Of a DNA stretch of 64,000 bases, positions 11,117 to 19,485 are shown piece by piece (within the stretch, counting starts at the first letter, position 1; every line of letters starts with the position of its first letter). Under the pieces are notes generated by a model. The model made no database searches and was not told the origin of the DNA. It worked only from the letters and a program-made list of their open reading frames with translations. This stretch comes from a virus, in IMG/VR virus record IMGVR_UViG_3300043449_001497, positions 1 through 64,000 of that record, one strand, 5' to 3'. The translations under genes were made by a program, and so were the position numbers.

Positions 11117-11545
11117 ATGAACGCACGGTACGGCGGGTTCAACCACGCAGGCTTCAGCTACAAGCACCAGGCGGCGCTCACCACGACGCCCCAGGTCTTC
11201 CCCCTCACCCAGGACGCCACGAACAGCCCCTGCTCGTCGGCGATCCCCACGTTCGCAGAGCTCAAGCAGGTCGTTGCCCAGGTCGACACCATCGCCTCGG
11301 GCGCGTCCTCGGTGACGTACTACATCGCGTCCGACGCGGCAGGCGACATCCCGCTCACGACCCAGGGGACGATGAGCATCCTGACCGGGAAGACGACGGC
11401 GACCAAGGGCTCGGCCATCGACTGCGTCGACGTCGACTACCACTACCAGCGGCTCACGGCGGAGACGCTCGGCACGGTGTACATCGTGGCCTGGCTGAAT
11501 GCGGGCACGGCGAACGCCAACATCCGCTTGCAGTGGCGGGCGTAG
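11117..11545 (+). CDS. Small beta-rich virion structural protein
   Basis: AGGAGG RBS; Thr/Ala-rich 142 aa in the structural block. Confidence 0.6.
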   Translation: MNARYGGFNHAGFSYKHQAALTTTPQVFPLTQDATNSPCSSAIPTFAELKQVVAQVDTIASGASSVTYYIASDAAGDIPLTTQGTMSILTGKTTATKGSAIDCVDVDYHYQRLTAETLGTVYIVAWLNAGTANANIRLQWRA

Positions 11546-11597
11546 TCTTCTAGCGTCACCTCCCGCGTCGTGATACGGTTACGGCGCGGGAGGCCCC

Positions 11598-11996
11598 ATG
11601 TCCTGTTGTGGTTCATCGAGTACGAGCACAGGTGCGTCGTTCGGCAACGTGAGGGTTGCCGCGAGCAGCGTCACCAACTTCGGGACAAGCACCCGGCAGA
11701 ACATCGGTGTGGGCGGCGGCTTCACCTTCGTGAACATCATCCGCATCAAGCTGAAGCGGACGGCGGGCACGGCGGCCTCGTTCACGCCCCGTCTCTACGA
11801 CGCTGTCGCGGCCCTCTCGGGTAGCATCGACCAGCAGTTCGTCGGCTCGGTGACCGCGGTGGCCGATCTGTTCGACGTGGCCTGCGTGGGCTGCGTGTTC
11901 CGCACCGACGCGACTGGCCAGTTCTACCTCGAGCCAGGTCCCAACGCCGGGGCGGACAACGCCTTCGACTACGAGATCTACTACGAGGTGCTGTGA
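11598..11996 (+). CDS. Small virion structural protein
   Basis: GGGAGG RBS; 132 aa, beta-rich. Confidence 0.6.
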   Translation: MSCCGSSSTSTGASFGNVRVAASSVTNFGTSTRQNIGVGGGFTFVNIIRIKLKRTAGTAASFTPRLYDAVAALSGSIDQQFVGSVTAVADLFDVACVGCVFRTDATGQFYLEPGPNAGADNAFDYEIYYEVL

Positions 11997-12880
11997 TGGC
12001 AGGCTCGCAAGTCTTCCCGTCCACTTCTGGGGGGCTGTCCTCGAACTACGGCCTCGGCATGTTCGGCGACGGGGCGGATGGGGACGCGACCATCGTTGGG
12101 TCCGTCACTCCGACCAAGGAGATGTACTACAACAACCTCACGGTCAGCTCGACTGGCGTGCTGAAGCCGTCGGGCTTTCGCATCTACGTGAAGGGGACGT
12201 TGACCGTCGACGCTGGTGGGTCCATCAACGACGACGGTAACGGCGGAACGGGCGGAACGGGCGGCCTCATCATCAGCGCACGCCAGACCCTCGGCTTCGG
12301 TGGCGGCAACGGCGGCAACGGCGGCGTTAACGCCGTCGGCACCGCTGGTGCGGGCCCTGGCGGCAACAGCTCGCTGAACGCAGCGGGCCTCGCACCCACG
12401 GGCGGAGCGGGCGGCACGGGCGGTGTCAACGCGGGTGGTGCGGGCGGCGCTGCGGCTCAACCCACGCAGAACCAGCGCTGGCATGGCGTGGCCTGGATGT
12501 ACCAGGGGCGGCTGAGCTCCGGCACCACGCTGGCCCTCTGGAACGGCGGCTCGGGTGGTGGCGGCGGCGGGTCCGACAACGCGCTCGCAACGGGCGGCGG
12601 CGGCGGTGGCGGAGCTGGCGGCGTGTGGCTCGCGGCGAAGACCGTGGTCAACAACGGCACCATCAGCGCGAACGGCGGCAAGGGCGCCAACGGCACGGGC
12701 ACGGCGGGCAACGCTGGTGGCGGTGGTGGTGGCGGCGGCGGCCTGGTGTGCATCGCCACGCTGAGCTCCACCGTCGGTACGGTCCAGGCACTGGGCGGTT
12801 CCGGCGGCACGGGCTTCGGCACCGGGGCCACGGGGTCTGTTGGCCGTGATGGGTCTACTCTCACTGTGGTGCTCGCATGA
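11996..12880 (+). CDS. Glycine-rich tail fibre/spike-like protein
   Basis: GGxGG/GGGGGG tracts and 'ISANGGKG' segment typical of phage Gly-rich tail proteins. Confidence 0.7.
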   Translation: MAGSQVFPSTSGGLSSNYGLGMFGDGADGDATIVGSVTPTKEMYYNNLTVSSTGVLKPSGFRIYVKGTLTVDAGGSINDDGNGGTGGTGGLIISARQTLGFGGGNGGNGGVNAVGTAGAGPGGNSSLNAAGLAPTGGAGGTGGVNAGGAGGAAAQPTQNQRWHGVAWMYQGRLSSGTTLALWNGGSGGGGGGSDNALATGGGGGGGAGGVWLAAKTVVNNGTISANGGKGANGTGTAGNAGGGGGGGGGLVCIATLSSTVGTVQALGGSGGTGFGTGATGSVGRDGSTLTVVLA

Positions 12881-13077
12881 CGCAGACCTGGCTCGTGTTC
12901 CCTGTCCCGGCTCCGGCCGACGCAGTCGCAATCACCGTGGCGAACGGTGCCGTCGGCTTCTACTCTGGGGTTCCCCCGGCGTGGTCCGGCGTCGCGGAAG
13001 AGCAGGGCTGGACCCTGCCCTGCAAGGTCGTCGAGGGTGAAGGCGGTGTCATCGAGTCCTGGACCCCGGTGGTCTAG
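12877..13077 (+). CDS. Small hypothetical protein (possible fibre chaperone)
   Basis: ATGA overlap with the upstream gene. Confidence 0.5.
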   Translation: MTQTWLVFPVPAPADAVAITVANGAVGFYSGVPPAWSGVAEEQGWTLPCKVVEGEGGVIESWTPVV

Positions 13078-13835
13078 TGTCGACGAACTACCGCTACGTC
13101 CTCCACCGCACCGTGCGGACGGCTCGACTCATCGAAGGGTCGAACGTCACGATCACGGAGACGCCGAACGGCGACTTCCTCGACGTGGTCATCGCGTCGA
13201 CGGGCGGTGGAGGTGGCGGCGGTGCGCCGACGAACGCCAAGTACCTGACCCTGGGCACCGACGCGACGTTGACCCAAGAGCGCGTGTTCAGCCCTTCCGC
13301 TCGGTTCTCGTACACCGACGGAGGAGCAGGCGCTTCCTACGCTCTCGACCTCAATGTCTCTGGGGTCAGCGCTGGTTCCTACACGTACGCTAGTATCACG
13401 GTCGACGCGTACGGTCGAGTCACGGCAGCCTCGAGCGGCACAGCCCCGGCGACACCTCCATCCCCGGCCACTACGGTCGTCACGGAGACGAGCTACGGCC
13501 AGACCCAGGCGGTCGGGACTGCGACGACCTACGCACGCGAGGACCACTCGCACGGCACGCCTGCGGTCCCGGCGCACAACACGCTGAGCAACCTCGCATG
13601 GATCAACGCAGGGCACACGGGGGCTGCGAACGCCGTGGCCGCCTGGAACGAGTTCGGCGTGTCGACCGTCTCCCAGGCTACGACCGACGAGACGATGCTG
13701 GTCCGGCGAGGCGGCACGCTCCAGTGGGTGCCCATCGTCGCAAGCGTCGTGTTCCTGCCGAGCAGTGACCTCATCATCGACGGCAAGACCTTCGAGATGA
13801 ACGGTGCCGTCGTCTTCCCTGGGAGTGTCCTGTGA
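13077..13835 (+). CDS. Tail fibre-like protein
   Basis: 'GSYTYASITVDAYGRVTAASSG' and 'YAREDHSH' fibre motifs. Confidence 0.75.
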   Translation: MSTNYRYVLHRTVRTARLIEGSNVTITETPNGDFLDVVIASTGGGGGGGAPTNAKYLTLGTDATLTQERVFSPSARFSYTDGGAGASYALDLNVSGVSAGSYTYASITVDAYGRVTAASSGTAPATPPSPATTVVTETSYGQTQAVGTATTYAREDHSHGTPAVPAHNTLSNLAWINAGHTGAANAVAAWNEFGVSTVSQATTDETMLVRRGGTLQWVPIVASVVFLPSSDLIIDGKTFEMNGAVVFPGSVL

Positions 13836-14818
13836 GCCTCGTCGCACTGAAGCATCGTCGCCTTGCCACGGTGAACGCGTCTGCGTCGACCATCGCTGCG
13901 GTGCTCGATGCCTTCTGGGCAGCGGTCGACCCGACGGTCACTACTTACTCGGACGGTTCAACGCGTTCGTTCTCCGGGGCAGGCGCGACCGGGTGGACCT
14001 GGACTCGCTACCAGAACGCGGGTGTGACCGAGGCCCTCTACGCCACGCCTCCCGGCGGGACGATGGACCAGCGGGTCATCATTGCTGGAAGGTCGGCTGC
14101 ACCAACGCCGTCGCCGACGATGATTGCGCCCGACACATTCGCGTCGTCGTTGTCGCAGCTCCTCATCTCCCACCAGTTGCAGGCGGGCGCGTTCACAAGC
14201 TGGAACGCGGCGACTCCGTTCACGAACTCTCGCTTCATGGGCTACACCCGTGTCATCCCGAACGTAACGGGGTTCACCACGCTTGCGTGCTGCGTGTACG
14301 AGACGCAAGAGACGATCATCGTCGAGCTCCTCGTGAACGGAACCGCCGTCCACGTCGCGTTTGCCGGGGCTCTCTACGACCCGGAGACGACGGCCCCCGC
14401 CGCAGCAGAGACGGACGGGCGCCGCTATGGCGTCGTGGTGTGCGGTGGTCAGCTTGTGACCAACTTCCTCGGGTCAGCGGGTAACGGAACCATCTGGGTG
14501 CACGGAACGGGGGCGGGAGCGGGGCATACGTACATCTGGCGCCCTGGGGTGAACACCGTTGACACGGGTGCGCGTAACTGGCTGACCACAGGTGGGCAGA
14601 CCACCGCGCAGATGACGGACCTTGCGGGACAGTACCCCGGCCAACCCCTGTTCATCCCTGCGGCCAACGGATGGGCGGGCCGAGTTCGCGAGATGTTCTG
14701 GTCGCGGTCGATGCTCTACCACACGCGCGTCGAGTCGAGCCCCGGTGTCATCTCAGCCTACGGGTTGGGATGGTCCACGACCAGCGCAACGGGCGACTCC
14801 ATGTTCTTGAAGTACTGA
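13832..14818 (+). CDS. Putative tail/receptor-binding structural protein
   Basis: 328 aa, Thr/Gly-rich, GTGA overlap. Confidence 0.55.
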   Translation: MSLVALKHRRLATVNASASTIAAVLDAFWAAVDPTVTTYSDGSTRSFSGAGATGWTWTRYQNAGVTEALYATPPGGTMDQRVIIAGRSAAPTPSPTMIAPDTFASSLSQLLISHQLQAGAFTSWNAATPFTNSRFMGYTRVIPNVTGFTTLACCVYETQETIIVELLVNGTAVHVAFAGALYDPETTAPAAAETDGRRYGVVVCGGQLVTNFLGSAGNGTIWVHGTGAGAGHTYIWRPGVNTVDTGARNWLTTGGQTTAQMTDLAGQYPGQPLFIPAANGWAGRVREMFWSRSMLYHTRVESSPGVISAYGLGWSTTSATGDSMFLKY

Positions 14819-14825
14819 GGGAACC

Positions 14826-15020
14826 ATGAGCTACACCGACCAGATCGAGCAGTATGTCGCGGCCTACCCGCTCACGTCCCTGGTGTCCGTCCCCTCCTGG
14901 TGTGGCGTCGCTGCCCTGCCCGCGTTTCCGTCCGTCGTCATCCAACCGTGGGCGGAGGATTACTGCGAGCTCGAGGATAGCGAAGGCATTGAGATCGCAC
15001 GCTTCCGGCTGGTCGGTTAG
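14826..15020 (+). CDS. Hypothetical protein
   Basis: GAGG RBS, operon context. Confidence 0.5.
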   Translation: MSYTDQIEQYVAAYPLTSLVSVPSWCGVAALPAFPSVVIQPWAEDYCELEDSEGIEIARFRLVG

Positions 15021-15040
15021 GCCCGGCGAAGGAGAGCGCG

Positions 15041-15319
15041 ATGGAAGCCTTCATCACTGCGGTCACAGGACCCCTGGGTGCACTGGCGCTGTCCGTCGGC
15101 ATCCTCTACTGGCTCGCCTCGAAGATTGTCCCGGTGCTCCAAGCGTATCTCGAGAGCCAGTCGGCTCAGCTCAAGGACATGGTGCACGCGCTCCAGAAGA
15201 CCGTGGACGCCCATGAGATGGACCGGAAGACCTTCGAGGCCGCCCTGTCTCAGCTAGACTCGCGCCTCGACCGTGTGGAGACCGACATCCACGCGATCAA
15301 AAACAAGATCGTCGCATAG
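15041..15319 (+). CDS. Membrane protein, holin/antiholin candidate
   Basis: N-terminal hydrophobic helix followed by a coiled coil; near the endolysin. Confidence 0.5.
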   Translation: MEAFITAVTGPLGALALSVGILYWLASKIVPVLQAYLESQSAQLKDMVHALQKTVDAHEMDRKTFEAALSQLDSRLDRVETDIHAIKNKIVA

Positions 15320-15327
15320 GAGGTCCC

Positions 15328-15513
15328 ATGCCCATCAGCCCCCAGGAAGCCATTGCCCTCGGTCTCGAGGCCGCAGAGCTTGCTGAGTTCATCGTGAAGG
15401 CACTCAAGCCTGGTGCCGATGGGCACAAGCGGCTCGACAAGGCTGAGGTCGGCGAGCTCCTCCGCCGCCTGGGCAGCCTGTCCATGCACGTCGCGCGCGA
15501 CATGGTGGACTAG
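15328..15513 (+). CDS. Hypothetical protein
   Basis: AGGAGG RBS. Confidence 0.55.
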   Translation: MPISPQEAIALGLEAAELAEFIVKALKPGADGHKRLDKAEVGELLRRLGSLSMHVARDMVD

Positions 15514-15516
15514 CCC

Positions 15517-17010
15517 GTGGGCCAGCTCTACCCTGCGGTCCTGGGGCCCGCGGAGGTCGAAGTCGCCAGTCCGCTCAGCGGGTTTGGGGAACTCGAGGTC
15601 GTCTCTCCTGAGCCGACGTCCCAGGTCGCGTTCATCTACAACCTGAACCCGCTGCTGGTCACGACGCGGACCTACGGCGCGGGGTCGAGCGTCACGCTGG
15701 ACAACGGCGAGGCCGTCCTTGCGAGCGGGACGGCCACCGACAGCTACGCGCGCCTCATCTCGAAGAAGGTGGCGAAGTACAGGCCAGGCCAGGCGACGAT
15801 GTCGCAGTGGACCGACCGCTTCCCTGGCGGCGGGTTCGCAGGCAACCGCCGGATGGGCGGCCTCTACAACATCGAGGCGGGCTACCAGTTCGGGTACGAC
15901 GGGGCGACGTTCGGCATCCTCTACACGGAAGCCGCGACGTGCGAGATCCAGACCCTGACCATCTCGGTGAAGGCATCATCGGCTACGAACGTCACGGTGA
16001 CGCTGGACGGAGGGACGCCCGTCGTGGTGCCCGTGACCAACGGAGCCAACACCAGCGTGACGGCTGCGGAGATCGCGGCGGGCGACTACTCGCAGGCAGC
16101 GGGCGGCTGGGACGCCGCGGCCGTCGGCAATGTCGTCTACTTCGTGCGCCGCGTTGCAGGTCCCGCCGGGGCCTCGACGTTCTCGCCTGGGACGAGCGGC
16201 GCCGTGGGCACGTTCGCTACCCCTACGATGGGCGTGGCCCCCACCGAGACGTTCATCCCGCAGACGGCCTGGAACATCGACCGCATGGACGGTACGGGCC
16301 CGAGCGCGATGACGGCCGACTGGACGAAGGGCAACATCTTCAAGGTGCAGTTCCAGTACCTGGGCTACGGCGATGCGTTCTTCTCCATCGTGAACGCCTT
16401 CGACGGGAAGTCGCAGCTCGTCCACGTCATCCGCAACGCGAACGCTCGCACCAGCACGGTTCTCCGGAACCCCAACCTCTACGTGATGTGGGAGTCGAAG
16501 AACCTGGGCACAGGTACGTCGCGTGAGATGCGAGCCGTCTGCGGCTCAGCGTTCGTCGAGGGCAAGATCACCTTCCTGGGTGCGCAGTTCGGTGTGGTCG
16601 GAACCCGGACGCTAGGCGCTGGTGTAGAGACGGCGGTCCTCACCCTGCGAGGCAGCACGACGGTCAACAACAAGCGGTCCTCGGCGCAGATCCAGATCGA
16701 CCGATTCAGCGTGGCCTGCGACGGAACAAAGACCGTCGACTTCCGCATCTACAAGAACGCCACGCTCACAGCTCCGCAGTTCCAGCGCGTGAACGCCAGC
16801 ACATCGGCAGCAGACTACGACTCGGCGGCTACTGGTGTCACGGGTGGCACGCAGGTCTATGCCTTCTCGGTCGGCAAGACGGGCAACGTGACGGAAAGCG
16901 TCACCGACCTCGCGCTGTTCATGCAGGCAGGCGACACGCTCACCATCACGGCGACCAGCGTGAACGCCTCCGATGTGAGCGCGACCATCGTCTGGATCGA
17001 GGACGTCTAG
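15517..17010 (+). CDS. Putative tail structural protein
   Basis: 497 aa, beta/Thr-rich. Confidence 0.6.
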   Translation: MGQLYPAVLGPAEVEVASPLSGFGELEVVSPEPTSQVAFIYNLNPLLVTTRTYGAGSSVTLDNGEAVLASGTATDSYARLISKKVAKYRPGQATMSQWTDRFPGGGFAGNRRMGGLYNIEAGYQFGYDGATFGILYTEAATCEIQTLTISVKASSATNVTVTLDGGTPVVVPVTNGANTSVTAAEIAAGDYSQAAGGWDAAAVGNVVYFVRRVAGPAGASTFSPGTSGAVGTFATPTMGVAPTETFIPQTAWNIDRMDGTGPSAMTADWTKGNIFKVQFQYLGYGDAFFSIVNAFDGKSQLVHVIRNANARTSTVLRNPNLYVMWESKNLGTGTSREMRAVCGSAFVEGKITFLGAQFGVVGTRTLGAGVETAVLTLRGSTTVNNKRSSAQIQIDRFSVACDGTKTVDFRIYKNATLTAPQFQRVNASTSAADYDSAATGVTGGTQVYAFSVGKTGNVTESVTDLALFMQAGDTLTITATSVNASDVSATIVWIEDV

Positions 17011-17201
17011 TGGAGCCGGACGACCCCGAGCCACTACAGCGACCCGACTGCGCGCTAGACCAGGACGGCCGCATCTGGATCACTCTGGGTGCGGCCGAGC
17101 GCCTACGCGACTGCAACATCCCACCAGGAGCCATCCTGTCGCTCAGCTACGAAGCGGAGCGACCTCATCACAAGGCGCGCAAGCGCAAGGAGAAACGAAC
17201 G

Positions 17202-17756
17202 ATGGAACCTCTCAAGTCTTCTGAAACCGCGGCCCCGTCTGCCTCTTCGACTATCCCGGCGGAGACGCCTGTGCAAGCAACCCCCGAGAAAGAGGCGGTT
17301 GTGGCGCAGGTTGTCGACGACGGCGCGGCCACCCCTGTCGAGGTGATCGAAGTCGTCGAGCAGCCCGCTGCCCCCGCTGGGTTCGACCCGATGGCGATGG
17401 CCCAGGAGAACCCGATGCTCGCGTTCGCCCTGGCGGCGCTCGCGGTTGTCGGCGGCGGTGCCGGGTTCAAGCTCTGGACGAAGATGTCCGAGCAGCGTCA
17501 CGAGACGAAGATGAAGGAGCTCGAGCTCGAGGCGCAGAAGGCGGGCCTCAACGGCGCTCAGCCTCCGCCGTGCCAGGTCAAGCAGACCGAGACCGACGCC
17601 AAGCTCGCGTCGCTCGAGGCTCGCGTGAAGAAGGCGGAGAAGGCGGCGTCTGCGGTGCCCGCGGGCTTCGACGGCGAGGAGCTCGAGAAGCGCGTCGTGA
17701 AGCTCGAGGCCGCCATGAAGCGCATGGGCGTCAAGGCTCCTGGGGGTGACAAGTGA
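17202..17756 (+). CDS. Membrane-anchored coiled-coil protein (spanin/holin-like candidate)
   Basis: AAGGAG RBS before ATG 17202; one TM segment followed by a coiled coil; overlaps the endolysin start. Confidence 0.45.
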   Translation: MEPLKSSETAAPSASSTIPAETPVQATPEKEAVVAQVVDDGAATPVEVIEVVEQPAAPAGFDPMAMAQENPMLAFALAALAVVGGGAGFKLWTKMSEQRHETKMKELELEAQKAGLNGAQPPPCQVKQTETDAKLASLEARVKKAEKAASAVPAGFDGEELEKRVVKLEAAMKRMGVKAPGGDK

Positions 17757-18199
17757 CCCTCACCCCTCACTTCTCCTTCGAGGAGCTGACCCGCACGGGG
17801 CAGAAGGACCTCCAGGACGCCAACCGCAAGGAAGCGATGGCGTACATCAAGTCGCTGACGGCGCTCGCGGAGATGCTCGAGGTCATCCGCGCGAAGTTCG
17901 GGCCGATCTCCGTGACGAGCGCCTTCAGGGGCCCCTCTGTGAACGCTCGGGCAGGGGGCTCAAAAACCAGCCAACACCTCGTCGGTGAAGCCGCGGACAT
18001 CGGCTGCGGCGCTTCCGACGAGGAGCTGCACAAGTGGATCGTGACCGAGTCGGGGCTGAAGTTCGGCCAGTGCATCCTGGAGAAGCCGCCCGGCAAGTCC
18101 TGGGTCCACATCAGCTTGGGCGCTCCGTACCGTGACCCGAAGCGTTGCGGCGAGTCTCTGTACTTCGACGGGAAGTCCTACACGCCGAAGAAGTACTGA
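17753..18199 (+). CDS. Endolysin, peptidase M15 (Zn D-Ala-D-Ala peptidase fold)
   Basis: SAFR...N...GG, SQHLVGEAADI and WVHIS motifs. Confidence 0.9.
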   Translation: MTLTPHFSFEELTRTGQKDLQDANRKEAMAYIKSLTALAEMLEVIRAKFGPISVTSAFRGPSVNARAGGSKTSQHLVGEAADIGCGASDEELHKWIVTESGLKFGQCILEKPPGKSWVHISLGAPYRDPKRCGESLYFDGKSYTPKKY

Positions 18200-18284
18200 G
18201 ATAGGAAGTCCCTGCGGGGACAACGCAAGGCTCGCGGCCCTGGCGACTCCGGCATGGTGTCGGAACCGTCAGGGCCGCGCGTCT

Positions 18285-18557
18285 CTACTCCTCGTCGGCA
18301 GGCGACCTGAACTGGTCCTGCACGTAGACGGGCGTCATCGGTCCCAGGTAGGCACAGAACGTGTTGTAGTCGTGCCACTCCTCGGCGTCCTCGTACGTCA
18401 TCTCCTCATGGTCCACGCAGAGCTTGATGACCATGTCGGAGTCATAGACGGCTCGCCCGTCGAAGGTCATGCCGATGACTGCGCCATCGTACGTCTCGCG
18501 CGGCTCCAGCAGCAGAGCGCCGGGGATGAGCGTGTCGAGCTTCGCGTTGAGAGCCAT
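18285..18557 (-). CDS. Conserved phage hypothetical protein
   Basis: 'YDGAVIG...AVYD...AEEWHDYNT..AYLG..TP' pattern seen in many phages. Confidence 0.7.
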   Translation of the reverse strand: MALNAKLDTLIPGALLLEPRETYDGAVIGMTFDGRAVYDSDMVIKLCVDHEEMTYEDAEEWHDYNTFCAYLGPMTPVYVQDQFRSPADEE

Positions 18558-19054
18558 CAGAGCACCACGCTCTCGGTGATGGTGCGCGTGACGTGGAGGC
18601 CATCGACGTCGAGCGTGATGCTCGAGATGCCGCGGTCACGCATGAGCTTCTCGACGGGGCGGAGCAGCTCAGCGAGCGTCGGGGCCACGGGACCGTGGAA
18701 CACGTTGATGCGCTCGTTGCCCGTGAAGATCCCCGTGGTCGAAGCTAGCGCGGCGTTCAGGGACCGAGTGGTCTCCGCCTCGATGGCCTTCATCTTTGCT
18801 TCGGCGGCAGCCTTGCGCTCGAGGGTCGCCTTGTTCTTCGAGCCCTTGGGACGGCCCAGCGTGGGCACGATGCCCAGCTCGGAGCGAGCCTTGGTGAACA
18901 CGGAGTTGCTCATGCCCTCGCCGCGGAGAGGCGTGCCGAGGCGGGCCAGCTCCTGCTCAGCGAGACGTGCAAGCTCACCGTTGGGGGTCTTGGGTTCACG
19001 CTCGAGGATCTTCTTCGCGGCGTCGATCTGCTGCTGAAAGGTGGCGTAGCTCAT
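18557..19054 (-). CDS. Hypothetical, possible DNA-binding protein
   Basis: AAGGAG RBS before ATG 19054; AT-hook-like GRPKGSKNK. Confidence 0.6.
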   Translation of the reverse strand: MSYATFQQQIDAAKKILEREPKTPNGELARLAEQELARLGTPLRGEGMSNSVFTKARSELGIVPTLGRPKGSKNKATLERKAAAEAKMKAIEAETTRSLNAALASTTGIFTGNERINVFHGPVAPTLAELLRPVEKLMRDRGISSITLDVDGLHVTRTITESVVL

Positions 19055-19380
19055 TGGGTCTTGGTCTCCTTGGCGGCGCGTGCGTCGCGCCGGGTACGGT
19101 CCGCCAGGTCGATGAGGGCGGACACCCATTGGGTGTAGTCGGTCGGTTCATCAACAACGCCAGATGCTGCCTCCGAGAAGGCTTGCGCCAGGCCGCGGAC
19201 ATGTCGCATGGTGGGCATGCGGATGCCGTGGATGACGCGGCTGACCTCTGGCTGGGTCAGACCACCTCTGCGAGCCAGCTCCGCGAAGGACCAGTGACGG
19301 GCCTTGCGGTGTTGCTCGACGAGTAGGATGAAGGGATCGGTGGAAGGGTCCACGCTTGCTACTGGACCAGATTCGGTCAT
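19051..19380 (-). CDS. XRE/Cro-CI-type HTH transcriptional regulator
   Basis: 'RKARHWSFAELARRGGLTQPEVSRVIHGIRMP' HTH_3 pattern; AGGAGG RBS. Confidence 0.85.
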   Translation of the reverse strand: MTESGPVASVDPSTDPFILLVEQHRKARHWSFAELARRGGLTQPEVSRVIHGIRMPTMRHVRGLAQAFSEAASGVVDEPTDYTQWVSALIDLADRTRRDARAAKETKTQ

Positions 19381-19399
19381 GATGTCCTCCTGCCTGGAG

Positions 19400-19463
19400 A
19401 GCATACCTCGACTCTACCGCGCCGTCAAATGTTCTTGACGCGGTGGTTGACGCGGGGTACTCC
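19400..19463. promoter_or_regulatory. Back-to-back sigma70-like promoters
   Basis: Minus: TTGACG-17-TATGCT (19428-19400). Plus: TTGACG-17-TACTCC (19435-19463). Confidence 0.65.
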
Positions 19464-19485
19464 AATGACGCACCAAGGAGACACC

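Noticed and set aside
2096-11443. Long antisense ORFs (e.g. 2096-5008, 5957-8407, 10112-11443; likewise 56769-58148 and 61284-62462)
   Set aside because: Shadow ORFs caused by high-GC codon bias opposite well-supported genes; no RBS or recognisable motifs
12230-12830. GGC-rich repeats as a VNTR or DGR variable region
   Set aside because: Explained by poly-Gly coding; no reverse transcriptase or template/variable repeat pair seen
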